64,000 nucleotides of DNA, from positions 18,856 through 82,855 of the forward strand of contig CALUZO010000016.1 of assembly GCA_944325305.1 (NCBI GenBank), written 5' to 3'. Positions within the stretch are counted from its first letter, which is position 1. Every line of letters begins with the position of its first letter. Below are positions 53,395-61,796 of the stretch, piece after piece. The notes beneath the pieces were generated by a model. It did no database searches, was not told the DNA's origin, and saw only the letters and a list, made by a program, of their open reading frames with translations. The stretch comes from an uncultured Rikenellaceae bacterium. Its GTDB lineage: Bacteria > Bacteroidota > Bacteroidia > Bacteroidales > Rikenellaceae. The translations under genes were made by a program, and so were the position numbers.

Positions 53395-53522
53395 AACCAA
53401 AACAGGTGCGCATATGACGGGCAAGAAAACGGCAACATTACATATAAATACAATTCAGCGTTACGACACCCAGAATTAACCCGCACCTATACTTCTTAAT
53501 ACAAACACATAAAACAAACAAA

Positions 53523-54512
53523 ATGAGCAAAATCGAAGCACCTAAAACCTACCAGGGCGCGGATCTCGAAAATATCTTCTTCCGCCCAATGTTCACAGGC
53601 CCGGACGCACAAGACCTCGGAATAAGGATAATGTACAACATGCCTGTCCCGACAACACTGCAATTCTGGAAACGCAGCGGCGACATTCTCCACAAATATA
53701 CCTCAAGCGGATGGAAAGGCGGTACTGCAGCCAGCAGATACTCGAAACAAATCACTCTGTCGAAAGTAAAAGCAGAAGCAAGCTACAGCGCATCGGATTA
53801 TTTCAACATGGTATATGAAGTAATAACAAACCGCAGCGATGTAAACCTGCAGGACCTCTCTGGCACCGAACTCGAAGAAGCTGAAACCGCCCTGTTCAAA
53901 GAAGCTATCGCCGAAAGTATTCGCGCTACAATGTGGCTCGGAGATACAGCACGCTCCAGCTCATCGGCTCAGTACAATACTTTCGACGGCTTCCTGATCC
54001 GCATTATGACCGACATAAGCCTCGGAGAAACGGATATCAAACAGACATCATTCACCGACAGCACAAAACCGGCCAGCGCAGAAGCCATACTCAAAGGCCT
54101 ATGGGACAATGCCTCTACATCACTCAAGGACTGTAAATCACAGGGAAACCTCGTATACCTGGTAACATCAGATATCTACAACGATTATGAAGAAGCTCTC
54201 GACAGCGTCGTCGTAGAAAGCGCCTACCTCGCAAAACAGAACGGCAGGCAAGGAATATCGTACAGGGGTATCCCGGTAATCGACCTGCAACTGTCTGCAT
54301 ATCTCCCATCGTTTACCAGTCTCCCTCAGACTTTCGGTATACTTACGGACCGACGCAACCTGGCTCTTGCCGTAAATACGAAAGACTTCCCAGGAACCGA
54401 GGTCAAGATGTGGTACAACCCAGACCTTATGCAAAACCGTCAAAGAGCCGTATTCATGGCCGGATGCGACTACCTGTTGCCTGAACTCATCTCATTCACA
54501 TACAAATCTTAA
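53523..54512 (+). CDS. Major capsid protein candidate (HK97-fold type inferred)
   Basis: 329 aa, directly downstream of the protease/scaffold gene. Size and mixed alpha/beta pattern are compatible with P2-gpN or lambda-gpE-like capsid proteins. Not verified by search. Confidence 0.6.
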   Translation: MSKIEAPKTYQGADLENIFFRPMFTGPDAQDLGIRIMYNMPVPTTLQFWKRSGDILHKYTSSGWKGGTAASRYSKQITLSKVKAEASYSASDYFNMVYEVITNRSDVNLQDLSGTELEEAETALFKEAIAESIRATMWLGDTARSSSSAQYNTFDGFLIRIMTDISLGETDIKQTSFTDSTKPASAEAILKGLWDNASTSLKDCKSQGNLVYLVTSDIYNDYEEALDSVVVESAYLAKQNGRQGISYRGIPVIDLQLSAYLPSFTSLPQTFGILTDRRNLALAVNTKDFPGTEVKMWYNPDLMQNRQRAVFMAGCDYLLPELISFTYKS

Positions 54513-54523
54513 CACAAACCGAT

Positions 54524-55042
54524 ATGACACTCGGAGGATATGAAAAAAGCACAGGTAAGCGAAGCGGCGGAATACGTTCGATAGCTCTGACATCAGTAAG
54601 CGATATAACCGGCGTGGAAACCAACAACGCATCAGGAATCTGTACCGGCATCTCCTTTGTCGAAAACGGCGGATTCGGCACATACGAATTCATGGAAGGA
54701 GAAGCATCATATACGGAAGAAATATCGATCGCAGATGGAGTGACTGAAGTGAAACACGAAATCCAGTTCGCCATTGAAAGACCGGACAATGAAAGTGCAA
54801 AAACGATAAGTGAACTCCTGAAAACATCGCGGGAAGGAATTGTCGCAATCGTTACAACCAACAGCAACGTTTCATTCCTCGTCGGGTATAGCGACAAATT
54901 CGGCACAGAACAACCCTTGCGCCTCGAAAAGGCCAAAATGTCGACAGGGAGCAATCCCGCAAACAATACCACTGAAATCATAACTCTCGTCTCTCGAGAT
55001 GACTGCAAATCAATGGTATACAACGACAGCACAGCCGTTTAA
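54524..55042 (+). CDS. Hypothetical beta-rich phage protein (tube, decoration or completion protein candidate)
   Basis: 172-aa ORF 11 nt after the capsid gene and followed by a strong hairpin. No motif recognised. Confidence 0.5.
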   Translation: MTLGGYEKSTGKRSGGIRSIALTSVSDITGVETNNASGICTGISFVENGGFGTYEFMEGEASYTEEISIADGVTEVKHEIQFAIERPDNESAKTISELLKTSREGIVAIVTTNSNVSFLVGYSDKFGTEQPLRLEKAKMSTGSNPANNTTEIITLVSRDDCKSMVYNDSTAV

Positions 55043-55063
55043 TCATAAGCTAATCTATGGACC

Positions 55064-55097
55064 GGAGGGCTGTCAGTCTCAGGGCAGACAGCCCTCC
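55064..55097 (+). terminator. Internal terminator/attenuator-like hairpin between the capsid module and the portal gene
   Basis: Perfect 11-bp GC-rich stem GGAGGGCTGTC / GACAGCCCTCC with a 12-nt loop, followed by TTTTAAATTT. Confidence 0.6.
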
Positions 55098-55113
55098 TTT
55101 TAAATTTCTGAGA

Positions 55114-56343
55114 ATGAAAACAAACAACAATATCAATAAATACAAAGTCTTCAGCGTCGAAAATGCCGCAGACCCTTTCATGAGGATAGGAACAGTCAAA
55201 AGTACAGACAGCAAGTTCTGGCGATGGGGCGACGACAATATGTTTCCATACGCCCTTGCGATTATGGCCCGCAGAAGCACCACTCACAGACGCATAATGA
55301 ACGACAAGGCCGACTATATCGCAGGTAAAGGATTCACTTTCGACCCAGACCTCCCGGCATTGGGAAAATTCGTCGAATCGGTAAACGGAAAAGGAGAATC
55401 CATGAGGCAACTAATAAACAAACTCGCATTCGACAAGGCGCTTTTCGGCAACGCATTCGTAGAGATAGTTACCGATCCCAAAAGATCGTTTCTATCGCTC
55501 TTTCACCAGGATGCAAGCAAATGCAGAGTGGCCAAAGACAACTCTCATATCATAATGCATCACGATTGGGCACGTTTCTCGGCTAAAGACCAGAAAACAC
55601 TCCCGCTATACCCAAACTTCGAACAGCAAGAAGACGGTACACTGAGATCAATCATACATTACAAAGACTATGAACCAATGTTCGAAAATTATGGCATCCC
55701 GTCATATATAGCAGGAATGAATGTGTCTGCAATAGCCTACAAAACAGACAAATGGAACATAAGCAGACTTGACAACTCGTTTCAACTATCAGGTGTAATG
55801 GTTCTCGACGGAACGGTAGACAACGAAGCAGAAGCAAACGACATCATGAAAACAGCACAAAAAAAATTCGCCGGACAACCCGGACAAGTAATGTTCATGA
55901 TAAAAGACTGCTCGGAAAACGACAGTTCAAAGTTCATCCCCATAGATTCAAAAAACGAAGGTGATTGGAAAGAACTTCACGACCAGGCAACGGCCGACAT
56001 AGTTGTAGCTCACTCATGGTTCCGTTCGCTGAGCGGACTCGATTATGGCACAGGATTCAGTTCGGAAAGAATATTGCACGAATACGAAATAGCTCTAAAT
56101 ACCATAATACTCGCAGAACAGGAAGAATTGATGGAACCGCTGCGAAAAGTAATGGAACTTATCCTCGCCGTGGATTGTTCATCCCTACAGATAGTCAACA
56201 GACCACCTACCCGTTCGAAACCACTGTATATGAAAGTATGGGAAGCCCGCAAAGCAGACGGATTGGAATATGACCCGGAAGACCCCGAACAGCAACTGTT
56301 CGTGGCACAAATAACAAAATACGCATTGAAAAACATAGACTAA
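55114..56343 (+). CDS. Phage portal protein candidate
   Basis: About 410 aa. The N-terminal WRWGDDNMFPYALAIMARRSTTHRRIMNDKADYIAGKGF and the later FRSLSGLDYGTGFSSERILHEYEIALNTIILAEQEEL resemble PBSX-type portal proteins. The ATG at 55114 is preferred because the 55057 start would span the hairpin. Confidence 0.6.
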   Translation: MKTNNNINKYKVFSVENAADPFMRIGTVKSTDSKFWRWGDDNMFPYALAIMARRSTTHRRIMNDKADYIAGKGFTFDPDLPALGKFVESVNGKGESMRQLINKLAFDKALFGNAFVEIVTDPKRSFLSLFHQDASKCRVAKDNSHIIMHHDWARFSAKDQKTLPLYPNFEQQEDGTLRSIIHYKDYEPMFENYGIPSYIAGMNVSAIAYKTDKWNISRLDNSFQLSGVMVLDGTVDNEAEANDIMKTAQKKFAGQPGQVMFMIKDCSENDSSKFIPIDSKNEGDWKELHDQATADIVVAHSWFRSLSGLDYGTGFSSERILHEYEIALNTIILAEQEELMEPLRKVMELILAVDCSSLQIVNRPPTRSKPLYMKVWEARKADGLEYDPEDPEQQLFVAQITKYALKNID

Positions 56344-56355
56344 CACTTCGCAGTA

Positions 56356-56820
56356 ATGGAACTTATCATAACACCACAGGAAGTCGTAGAAATGGCTTTC
56401 GAAGGGGAATACGGAATAACACCGGAAAGAATCGGCAATAACGTCATCGCATCGGCACAGCAAAAATTCATAAAACCAGTGCTGGGAGATCTGTTCGACA
56501 AACTGGAAGACGACTCTTCGTACCCGGAACTTAAAGAATTGGTCAAGGCTGCCCTTGCCCAATATGTCAAATTACTGATGATCCCGAAACTGGCTGTCTC
56601 AATGGGCAACGGAGGAATAACTCAGATCAAAGGAACACATTTCGCTTCCGCCAACGAAGAAAGCATCAAGGCCCTCAAAGAAAACACCAAAGCCGAAGCG
56701 TGTGCATTGATGCGCGAAGTGGTGGAACATATAGAACAAAACAGAGAGGATTACCCGGAATATAACCCGGCCGACAATATACTGCACAAAGTCTCGATAT
56801 GCTCGGGAATAATTCTTTAG
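56356..56820 (+). CDS. Hypothetical phage protein (head-tail connector/adaptor candidate)
   Basis: 154 aa, helical. The N-terminal pattern IITPQEVVEMAF...IASAQQKFIKPVLG is reminiscent of gp6-like connector proteins. Context-based call. Confidence 0.45.
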   Translation: MELIITPQEVVEMAFEGEYGITPERIGNNVIASAQQKFIKPVLGDLFDKLEDDSSYPELKELVKAALAQYVKLLMIPKLAVSMGNGGITQIKGTHFASANEESIKALKENTKAEACALMREVVEHIEQNREDYPEYNPADNILHKVSICSGIIL

Positions 56821-56824
56821 AGCC

Positions 56825-57253
56825 ATGGAAACCATACTCAAATACTGTTCCGGTGGAATTATGGCTGTTTTGTCGATACTCGCTCCCATACAAGGGCTTA
56901 TAATCTGCGCCGTGATATTCATAGCCATAGATTTCGTCACAGGAGTGACTGCAAGTTACAAAAAAGCACAGCGCAACGGCGGAGTTTGGGCATTCGAAAG
57001 CGAAAAGGCGTGGAATACCGTCACCAAACTTGCGTTCGTGATGGCAGGCATTGTACTCGCGTGGCTCATAGATTTCTGCATACTTGACTTTATGAACTTA
57101 CGGCTAGCAAACATCTTTACCGGATTCGTGTGCGGAGTGGAATTCTGGAGTTACCTCGAAAATGCCGCCGACATATCGGACCACCCGCTGTTCAGAAAAC
57201 TGGGCAGACTAATCAAAAAACAAATTGATAAAAAAATCGACCCGGAAAATTAA
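56825..57253 (+). CDS. Phage holin family protein (Phage_holin_4_1-like)
   Basis: Multi-TM 142 aa with FIAIDFVTGV...SEKAWNTVTKL...GVEFWSYLENAA, matching the holin family pattern (D-x-x-TG ... E-x-x-S-x-x-EN). Confidence 0.8.
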   Translation: METILKYCSGGIMAVLSILAPIQGLIICAVIFIAIDFVTGVTASYKKAQRNGGVWAFESEKAWNTVTKLAFVMAGIVLAWLIDFCILDFMNLRLANIFTGFVCGVEFWSYLENAADISDHPLFRKLGRLIKKQIDKKIDPEN

Positions 57254-57258
57254 CAACC

Positions 57259-57669
57259 ATGAGCATAGGCCTCGACAATAACAATCCCGGCAACATAAGA
57301 CTGTCGGCAACCAAATACCTGGGAGAGGTTCAACTCTCACAAAACAAGTCTTTCAAACAATTCAAATCAATGGCATGGGGATACAGAGCCATATTCGTAC
57401 TGCTACACACGTATAACATACGATATGGCCTAAGGAATATAGAAAGAATAATAAACCGATATGCTCCACCTACCGAAAACGATACAGAACGATATATTTC
57501 ATTCGTTTCATACCGCAGCGGTATTCCTCGCGACAAACCAATAGATACACTATCTGCAAACGACATGATCCCGATTGTCACCGCAATAAGCAGAATGGAA
57601 AACGGAGTGGAAGCCGTATCGGAGGATGTTAATGCCGGCTGGGAACTTTTCATAAAACACAAACCATAG
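57259..57669 (+). CDS. Putative muralytic protein/endolysin (phi6 P5-like 'structural protein' family)
   Basis: NNPGNIR motif, then FKQFKSMAWGYRAIFVLLHTY and RYAPPTENDTERYISFV. This is the pattern of the family annotated as structural protein P5 in Bacteroidota prophages. Sits immediately after the holin. Confidence 0.65.
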   Translation: MSIGLDNNNPGNIRLSATKYLGEVQLSQNKSFKQFKSMAWGYRAIFVLLHTYNIRYGLRNIERIINRYAPPTENDTERYISFVSYRSGIPRDKPIDTLSANDMIPIVTAISRMENGVEAVSEDVNAGWELFIKHKP

Positions 57670-57673
57670 AATC

Positions 57674-58273
57674 ATGAAACTATCTGCATATTTTATCCCG
57701 TATGCGGTACTGTCACTCGCCGCGATTATCCTAACCGTATCTTGGGGAGCATCGCAAAAACGCGAAAAACAACGACTCGAAACAAACCAGTCTACGTTAC
57801 TCGAAAAAGAACGCCGATATAAACTGAGAGACAGCCTGAATGCAGTTTCGATCGGAGTTCTCACGCTTAAAACCGCTGAATTCGCCGAACATTTCTCCGT
57901 AATGGAAGATATGATAAAAGAGATGGGGGTGAAACTAAAACGTATTGAAAACATATCTCAAAACGCTATTCAATCCAATTATAAGATAACAACACCTCTC
58001 CGGGATACCATAGTCATTATCGACTCCTCGACAGTTAAAAACGGATTATCATTACAATACCGAGACCCATGGATCGAGCTGAAAGGGACCATATTAAATA
58101 ACCGGTTTACTGGTTCGATCGTAAGCTACGACACGCTCATCCAAGTCGTACACCGAGTTCCAAGACGCTTCCTGTTTTTCCGTTTCGGAACAAAAGAACT
58201 CAGGCAAGAAATCGTTTCATCCAACCCGAATACACAACTCACATACAGTCGTAATCTGAAAATAGCAAAATAA
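57674..58273 (+). CDS. N-terminally membrane-anchored coiled-coil protein (spanin-like / DUF6549-like)
   Basis: TM helix YFIPYAVLSLAAIILTVSW, then a charged coiled coil (KREKQRLETNQSTLLEKERRYKL). Last gene of the lysis cassette. Confidence 0.55.
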   Translation: MKLSAYFIPYAVLSLAAIILTVSWGASQKREKQRLETNQSTLLEKERRYKLRDSLNAVSIGVLTLKTAEFAEHFSVMEDMIKEMGVKLKRIENISQNAIQSNYKITTPLRDTIVIIDSSTVKNGLSLQYRDPWIELKGTILNNRFTGSIVSYDTLIQVVHRVPRRFLFFRFGTKELRQEIVSSNPNTQLTYSRNLKIAK

Positions 58274-58283
58274 AATGTATGAC

Positions 58284-58329
58284 ATAAATGTTGCCGGACA
58301 CCCATTAATGGGTGTCCGGCAACATTTAT
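58284..58329. terminator. Strong hairpin closing the phage-like island (possibly a bidirectional terminator)
   Basis: Perfect 20-bp stem ATAAATGTTGCCGGACACCC / GGGTGTCCGGCAACATTTAT with a 6-nt loop, 10 nt after the last island stop codon. Convergent with the prolyl oligopeptidase gene. Confidence 0.75.
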
Positions 58330-58531
58330 ACACATACAATAATCCTCAAAAAAGTGTTTCAGAACACACTGAAAGCATTATCCCCTTCACCATATTATTT
58401 CGGCATATAGCAATTCACCAAATCAATTCACAAATCCAAATGCAAGGCTTGTCCGTCAATCATAATTCAAAATCTAAAATTCCTCACGACAATCAAACAA
58501 CACACTCAAACGCCATATCATGTAACATAAA

Positions 58532-60616
58532 TTACAATTTAAAGACGGTTCCCGTATTTTGAAATATGAAACTGTAAACATCTGTTTGTTCGGCAATACG
58601 CTTAGAGGTAGGTTTCCCGGCTCCATGTCCGGCATCCCGTTCGATACGTATCAATACAGGTTTCCCGCATCCCTGCGCACGTTGCAACGCCGCTGCAAAC
58701 TTGAACGAATGGGCAGGAACAACCCTGTCATCATGTTCGGCAGTCGTAACAAACGTCGCCGGATAACAAACCCCATCGCGAACATTATGCAGGGGTGAGT
58801 ACCTGTACAGATAACGGAACTGATCCGGATCTTCGGCACTGCCGTATTCAACGACCCATCCCCACCCTATCGTAAAACGATGATACCTTAACATATCGAG
58901 AACGCCGACCTGCGGCACAGCAACGGCAAACAGATCAGGCCTCTGCGTCATGCAGGCTCCAACAAGCAGTCCGCCGTTGGAGCCTCCCATTATAGCCAAT
59001 TTATCCGACGAAGTATAACCTTCCGCAATAAGGTACTCGGCGGCGGCAATGAAGTCGTCAAATACATTCTGCTTTTGCGCGAGCATTCCGGCATGGTGCC
59101 ATCTCTCTCCGTACTCGCCGCCGCCTCTGAGTGTCACGTCTACGAAAACGCCCCCCTGCTCCAACAACATTATAACCGCCGGATTGAACGCCGGCGTATG
59201 ACTTATATTGAAACCGCCATATCCGCACATGACCAGCAGATTGCGCCCGTTGCGAGACATATCTTTACGGTGCGTCACGAACATAGGCACTCGCGTCCCG
59301 TCAAAACTCTCGAAAAACAACTGCTCGGTAACATAAGCTCCCCCATCGAAGCCCGTTTCGCTGCGAGACACCAATGAAGACAAACCTGTCTCAAGCTCAT
59401 ACCTGTAAACAGCCGCAGGTGACGTGTATGTTGTTAGCGCATAAAACGTCTCTTTGTCGTCTGCCCCTCCAGTGAAACCTGCAGAAGTACACAGGCCGTC
59501 GAATGCCACATTTCTCACGAATCTTCCCTCCATGTCGAACTGCCAAACCGCACTTACGGCATTTTCGAGATAAGTGGCCATCAGGTAGCCACCCACTGCC
59601 GACACACTTTCCAGAGGAGCGTCGATGCGTTCCCGGACAACATCAGTAAAAGATTTCGCCGAACTGAGAAGATCGACTGCAATTACCTTGAAATTTGGCG
59701 CATCCCTGTTCGTCATCAGGAACAACCTATCTTCGTTGGCATAAACGATCTCGTAATCATGCTCGAATCCGGGCATGAGCACCTCGAAACCGCCAGTCAC
59801 ATCGTCTTTTCGTCGGAACAATATCTCCGCCCCGTGCGTACCCTCCGAACCATGCACAAAAATCCAACGTCCGTCATGGCTCTCGGAACCGTGAAAATAG
59901 CGCAAGGGATGTTCGTCATCGGCATATATCAGCACGTCGTCCTGCTGTGCATGCCCTATCTTGTGATAAAAAACCTTATGGAATCTGTTCTGCCCCGAGT
60001 ACTCGTCTCCGTTAGCAGGAGCATCGTAGGCACTGTAATAGAAACCGGAGGAATCGGCGTCCCACGATGGTATGGAAAATTTGACCCATCGTATTATGTC
60101 ATTAAGCAACATGCCATTCCCCGTTTCGACAATCCTTATTTCAGCCCAGTCGGAACCGGATGCCGAAACGGAATAAGCGCAATACCTGCCGTCGTCTGAA
60201 AAAGAGAGGCCGTTCAGGGCCACCGTACCGTCATCCGACAACGTATTCGGATCGAGAAACACTTCGGCTGCCGACCCTATTGTACGTGAGCGGTATATCA
60301 CCGACTGATTACGAAGACCGTCGTTACGAGCGAAATAATACCACCCGCCTTTTTTTTGCGGTATGCCCTCTTTCGGATAATCCCACAGTTCGGTCAGTCT
60401 CTCGCGTATTTTTTCACGGAATGGGATACCGACCAGATATCTTTCGGTCAGTTCATTCTGAGCCGAGACCCACGCTGCGGTATCCGGCGAGCAGTCGTCC
60501 TCGAGCCACCGGTACGGATCTCCAACCAATACGCCGTGATAATCATCGGCAATATCCTCCATACGGGTCGGAGGATATTTGAAATTAGTATTTTCCATAA
60601 ACTGCTTTGATAACAT
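58532..60616 (-). CDS. Prolyl oligopeptidase family serine peptidase (S9A)
   Basis: N-terminus YPPTRMEDIADDYHGVLVGDPYRWLED, a beta-propeller region, catalytic GGSNGGLL (GxSxGG), and DDRV and GHG near the C-terminus. Confidence 0.92.
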   Translation of the reverse strand: MLSKQFMENTNFKYPPTRMEDIADDYHGVLVGDPYRWLEDDCSPDTAAWVSAQNELTERYLVGIPFREKIRERLTELWDYPKEGIPQKKGGWYYFARNDGLRNQSVIYRSRTIGSAAEVFLDPNTLSDDGTVALNGLSFSDDGRYCAYSVSASGSDWAEIRIVETGNGMLLNDIIRWVKFSIPSWDADSSGFYYSAYDAPANGDEYSGQNRFHKVFYHKIGHAQQDDVLIYADDEHPLRYFHGSESHDGRWIFVHGSEGTHGAEILFRRKDDVTGGFEVLMPGFEHDYEIVYANEDRLFLMTNRDAPNFKVIAVDLLSSAKSFTDVVRERIDAPLESVSAVGGYLMATYLENAVSAVWQFDMEGRFVRNVAFDGLCTSAGFTGGADDKETFYALTTYTSPAAVYRYELETGLSSLVSRSETGFDGGAYVTEQLFFESFDGTRVPMFVTHRKDMSRNGRNLLVMCGYGGFNISHTPAFNPAVIMLLEQGGVFVDVTLRGGGEYGERWHHAGMLAQKQNVFDDFIAAAEYLIAEGYTSSDKLAIMGGSNGGLLVGACMTQRPDLFAVAVPQVGVLDMLRYHRFTIGWGWVVEYGSAEDPDQFRYLYRYSPLHNVRDGVCYPATFVTTAEHDDRVVPAHSFKFAAALQRAQGCGKPVLIRIERDAGHGAGKPTSKRIAEQTDVYSFIFQNTGTVFKL

Positions 60617-60866
60617 GACAAAAATAGCAAGCCATGGTCCAAATCACACATTTTTTTGAATTAATAAATCGACCATATCCGCCAAATTTTCTTAAATTTG
60701 TATAGGATTACGCAACTGCAATCGCCTTGAGAAGACCATACCGCTCAAAGATTCACGCTATAGATGTGAATATCTGCTGAATGCAGACCGGAAAGACTCA
60801 TAATGAAATTGCATTTTGCGTCTGACTTTTACCATTATCAATCTCGGCAACCTCCCGGCCGGATCA

Positions 60867-61721
60867 ATGTCAAAACAAAAAAACACGAAGACGATGCAAG
60901 AAACTTTGATGCAAATGAAGACAGGGATCGAAAAGATCTGGGACAAACGGGAACTACTCAAAAACAAGGAGAGCAAAGAGCTCATCCGACGTGTTGTCGA
61001 CATGCTTGACAAAGGCCAACTCCGAACCGCAGAGCCTGTCGACGGCCGATGGCAAGTCAATGAATGGGTAAAAAAAGCCGTACTGCTCTACTTCCCGATA
61101 CAACAGATAAAAACGGTAAAGGCGGGACCTATGGAGTTCCATGACAAGATGGAACTTAAAACCGGTTATGAAGAACTCGGCGTACGTGTGGTTCCACAGG
61201 GACTCGCGCGTTACGGAGCATACATAGCCCCCGGTGTCATAATGATGCCGTCGTTCGTCAACATAGGTGCATATGTGGACGAGGGAACAATGATCGACAC
61301 ATGGGCTACCGTGGGATCTTGTGCCCAGATCGGCAAGAATGTCCATCTCAGCGGCGGCGTAGGCATAGGCGGCGTACTCGAACCGTTGCAGGCCTCCCCC
61401 GTCATAGTCGAGGACAACTGTTTCCTCGGATCGAGATGCGTTGTCGTCGAGGGCGCACACATAGCCAGAGAAGCCGTTATCGGCGCAAATGTAGTCATCA
61501 CAGGTTCGACGAAGATAATCGACGTATCCGGAGAAGAACCAGTCGAATACAAAGGTTATGTTCCGCCGCGTTCGGTCGTGATTCCCGGCACCCGGGTAAA
61601 GAAATTCCCCGCCGGAGAGTATGGCGTTCCTTGCGCCCTCATCATAGGCCAGCGCAAGGAATCGACAGACATGAAAACATCATTGAACGACGTTCTGCGT
61701 AGTTTCGACGTTACGGTCTGA
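60867..61721 (+). CDS. dapD: 2,3,4,5-tetrahydropyridine-2,6-dicarboxylate N-succinyltransferase
   Basis: Left-handed beta-helix hexapeptide repeats (IGKNVHLSGGVGIGGVLEP...VIVEDNCFLGSRCVVVEG) and a typical DapD N-terminal helical domain. The track start at 60816 is TTG. ATGs at 60867 and 60894 are alternative starts. Confidence 0.85.
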   Translation: MSKQKNTKTMQETLMQMKTGIEKIWDKRELLKNKESKELIRRVVDMLDKGQLRTAEPVDGRWQVNEWVKKAVLLYFPIQQIKTVKAGPMEFHDKMELKTGYEELGVRVVPQGLARYGAYIAPGVIMMPSFVNIGAYVDEGTMIDTWATVGSCAQIGKNVHLSGGVGIGGVLEPLQASPVIVEDNCFLGSRCVVVEGAHIAREAVIGANVVITGSTKIIDVSGEEPVEYKGYVPPRSVVIPGTRVKKFPAGEYGVPCALIIGQRKESTDMKTSLNDVLRSFDVTV

Positions 61722-61796
61722 GTCCGTCATCACGGTTCCGTAGAGAAGGCAGAACACACACATACATACCACCTGTCAATAAAAAACTCATAAGCT

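Larger units (their letters stand above)
47300..58330 (+). mobile_element. Phage-derived head/tail/lysis gene island (defective prophage, GTA-like or satellite candidate). No integrase, terminase or replication genes
   Basis: 15 co-directional, tightly spaced ORFs with phage hallmarks (ClpP-like protease, capsid, portal, holin, muralytic protein). Bounded by a long AT-rich leader on the left and a 20-bp-stem hairpin on the right, with core genes on both flanks. Confidence 0.65.

Noticed and set aside
54496-55032. 178-aa minus-strand ORF within the island, and similar minus-strand ORFs at 52833-53294, 49573-49870 and 57550-57954.
   Set aside because: All are antisense to tightly packed plus-strand genes, several with clear phage motifs. 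Accepting them would break the operon structure.
46997-58531. Search for att-type direct repeats flanking the phage-like island, and for a tRNA integration target.
   Set aside because: By eye I found only trivial AT-rich matches of 8 bp or less (for example AACATTTA) and no tRNA-like sequence. No att call is made, and a computational repeat search would be needed to be definitive.
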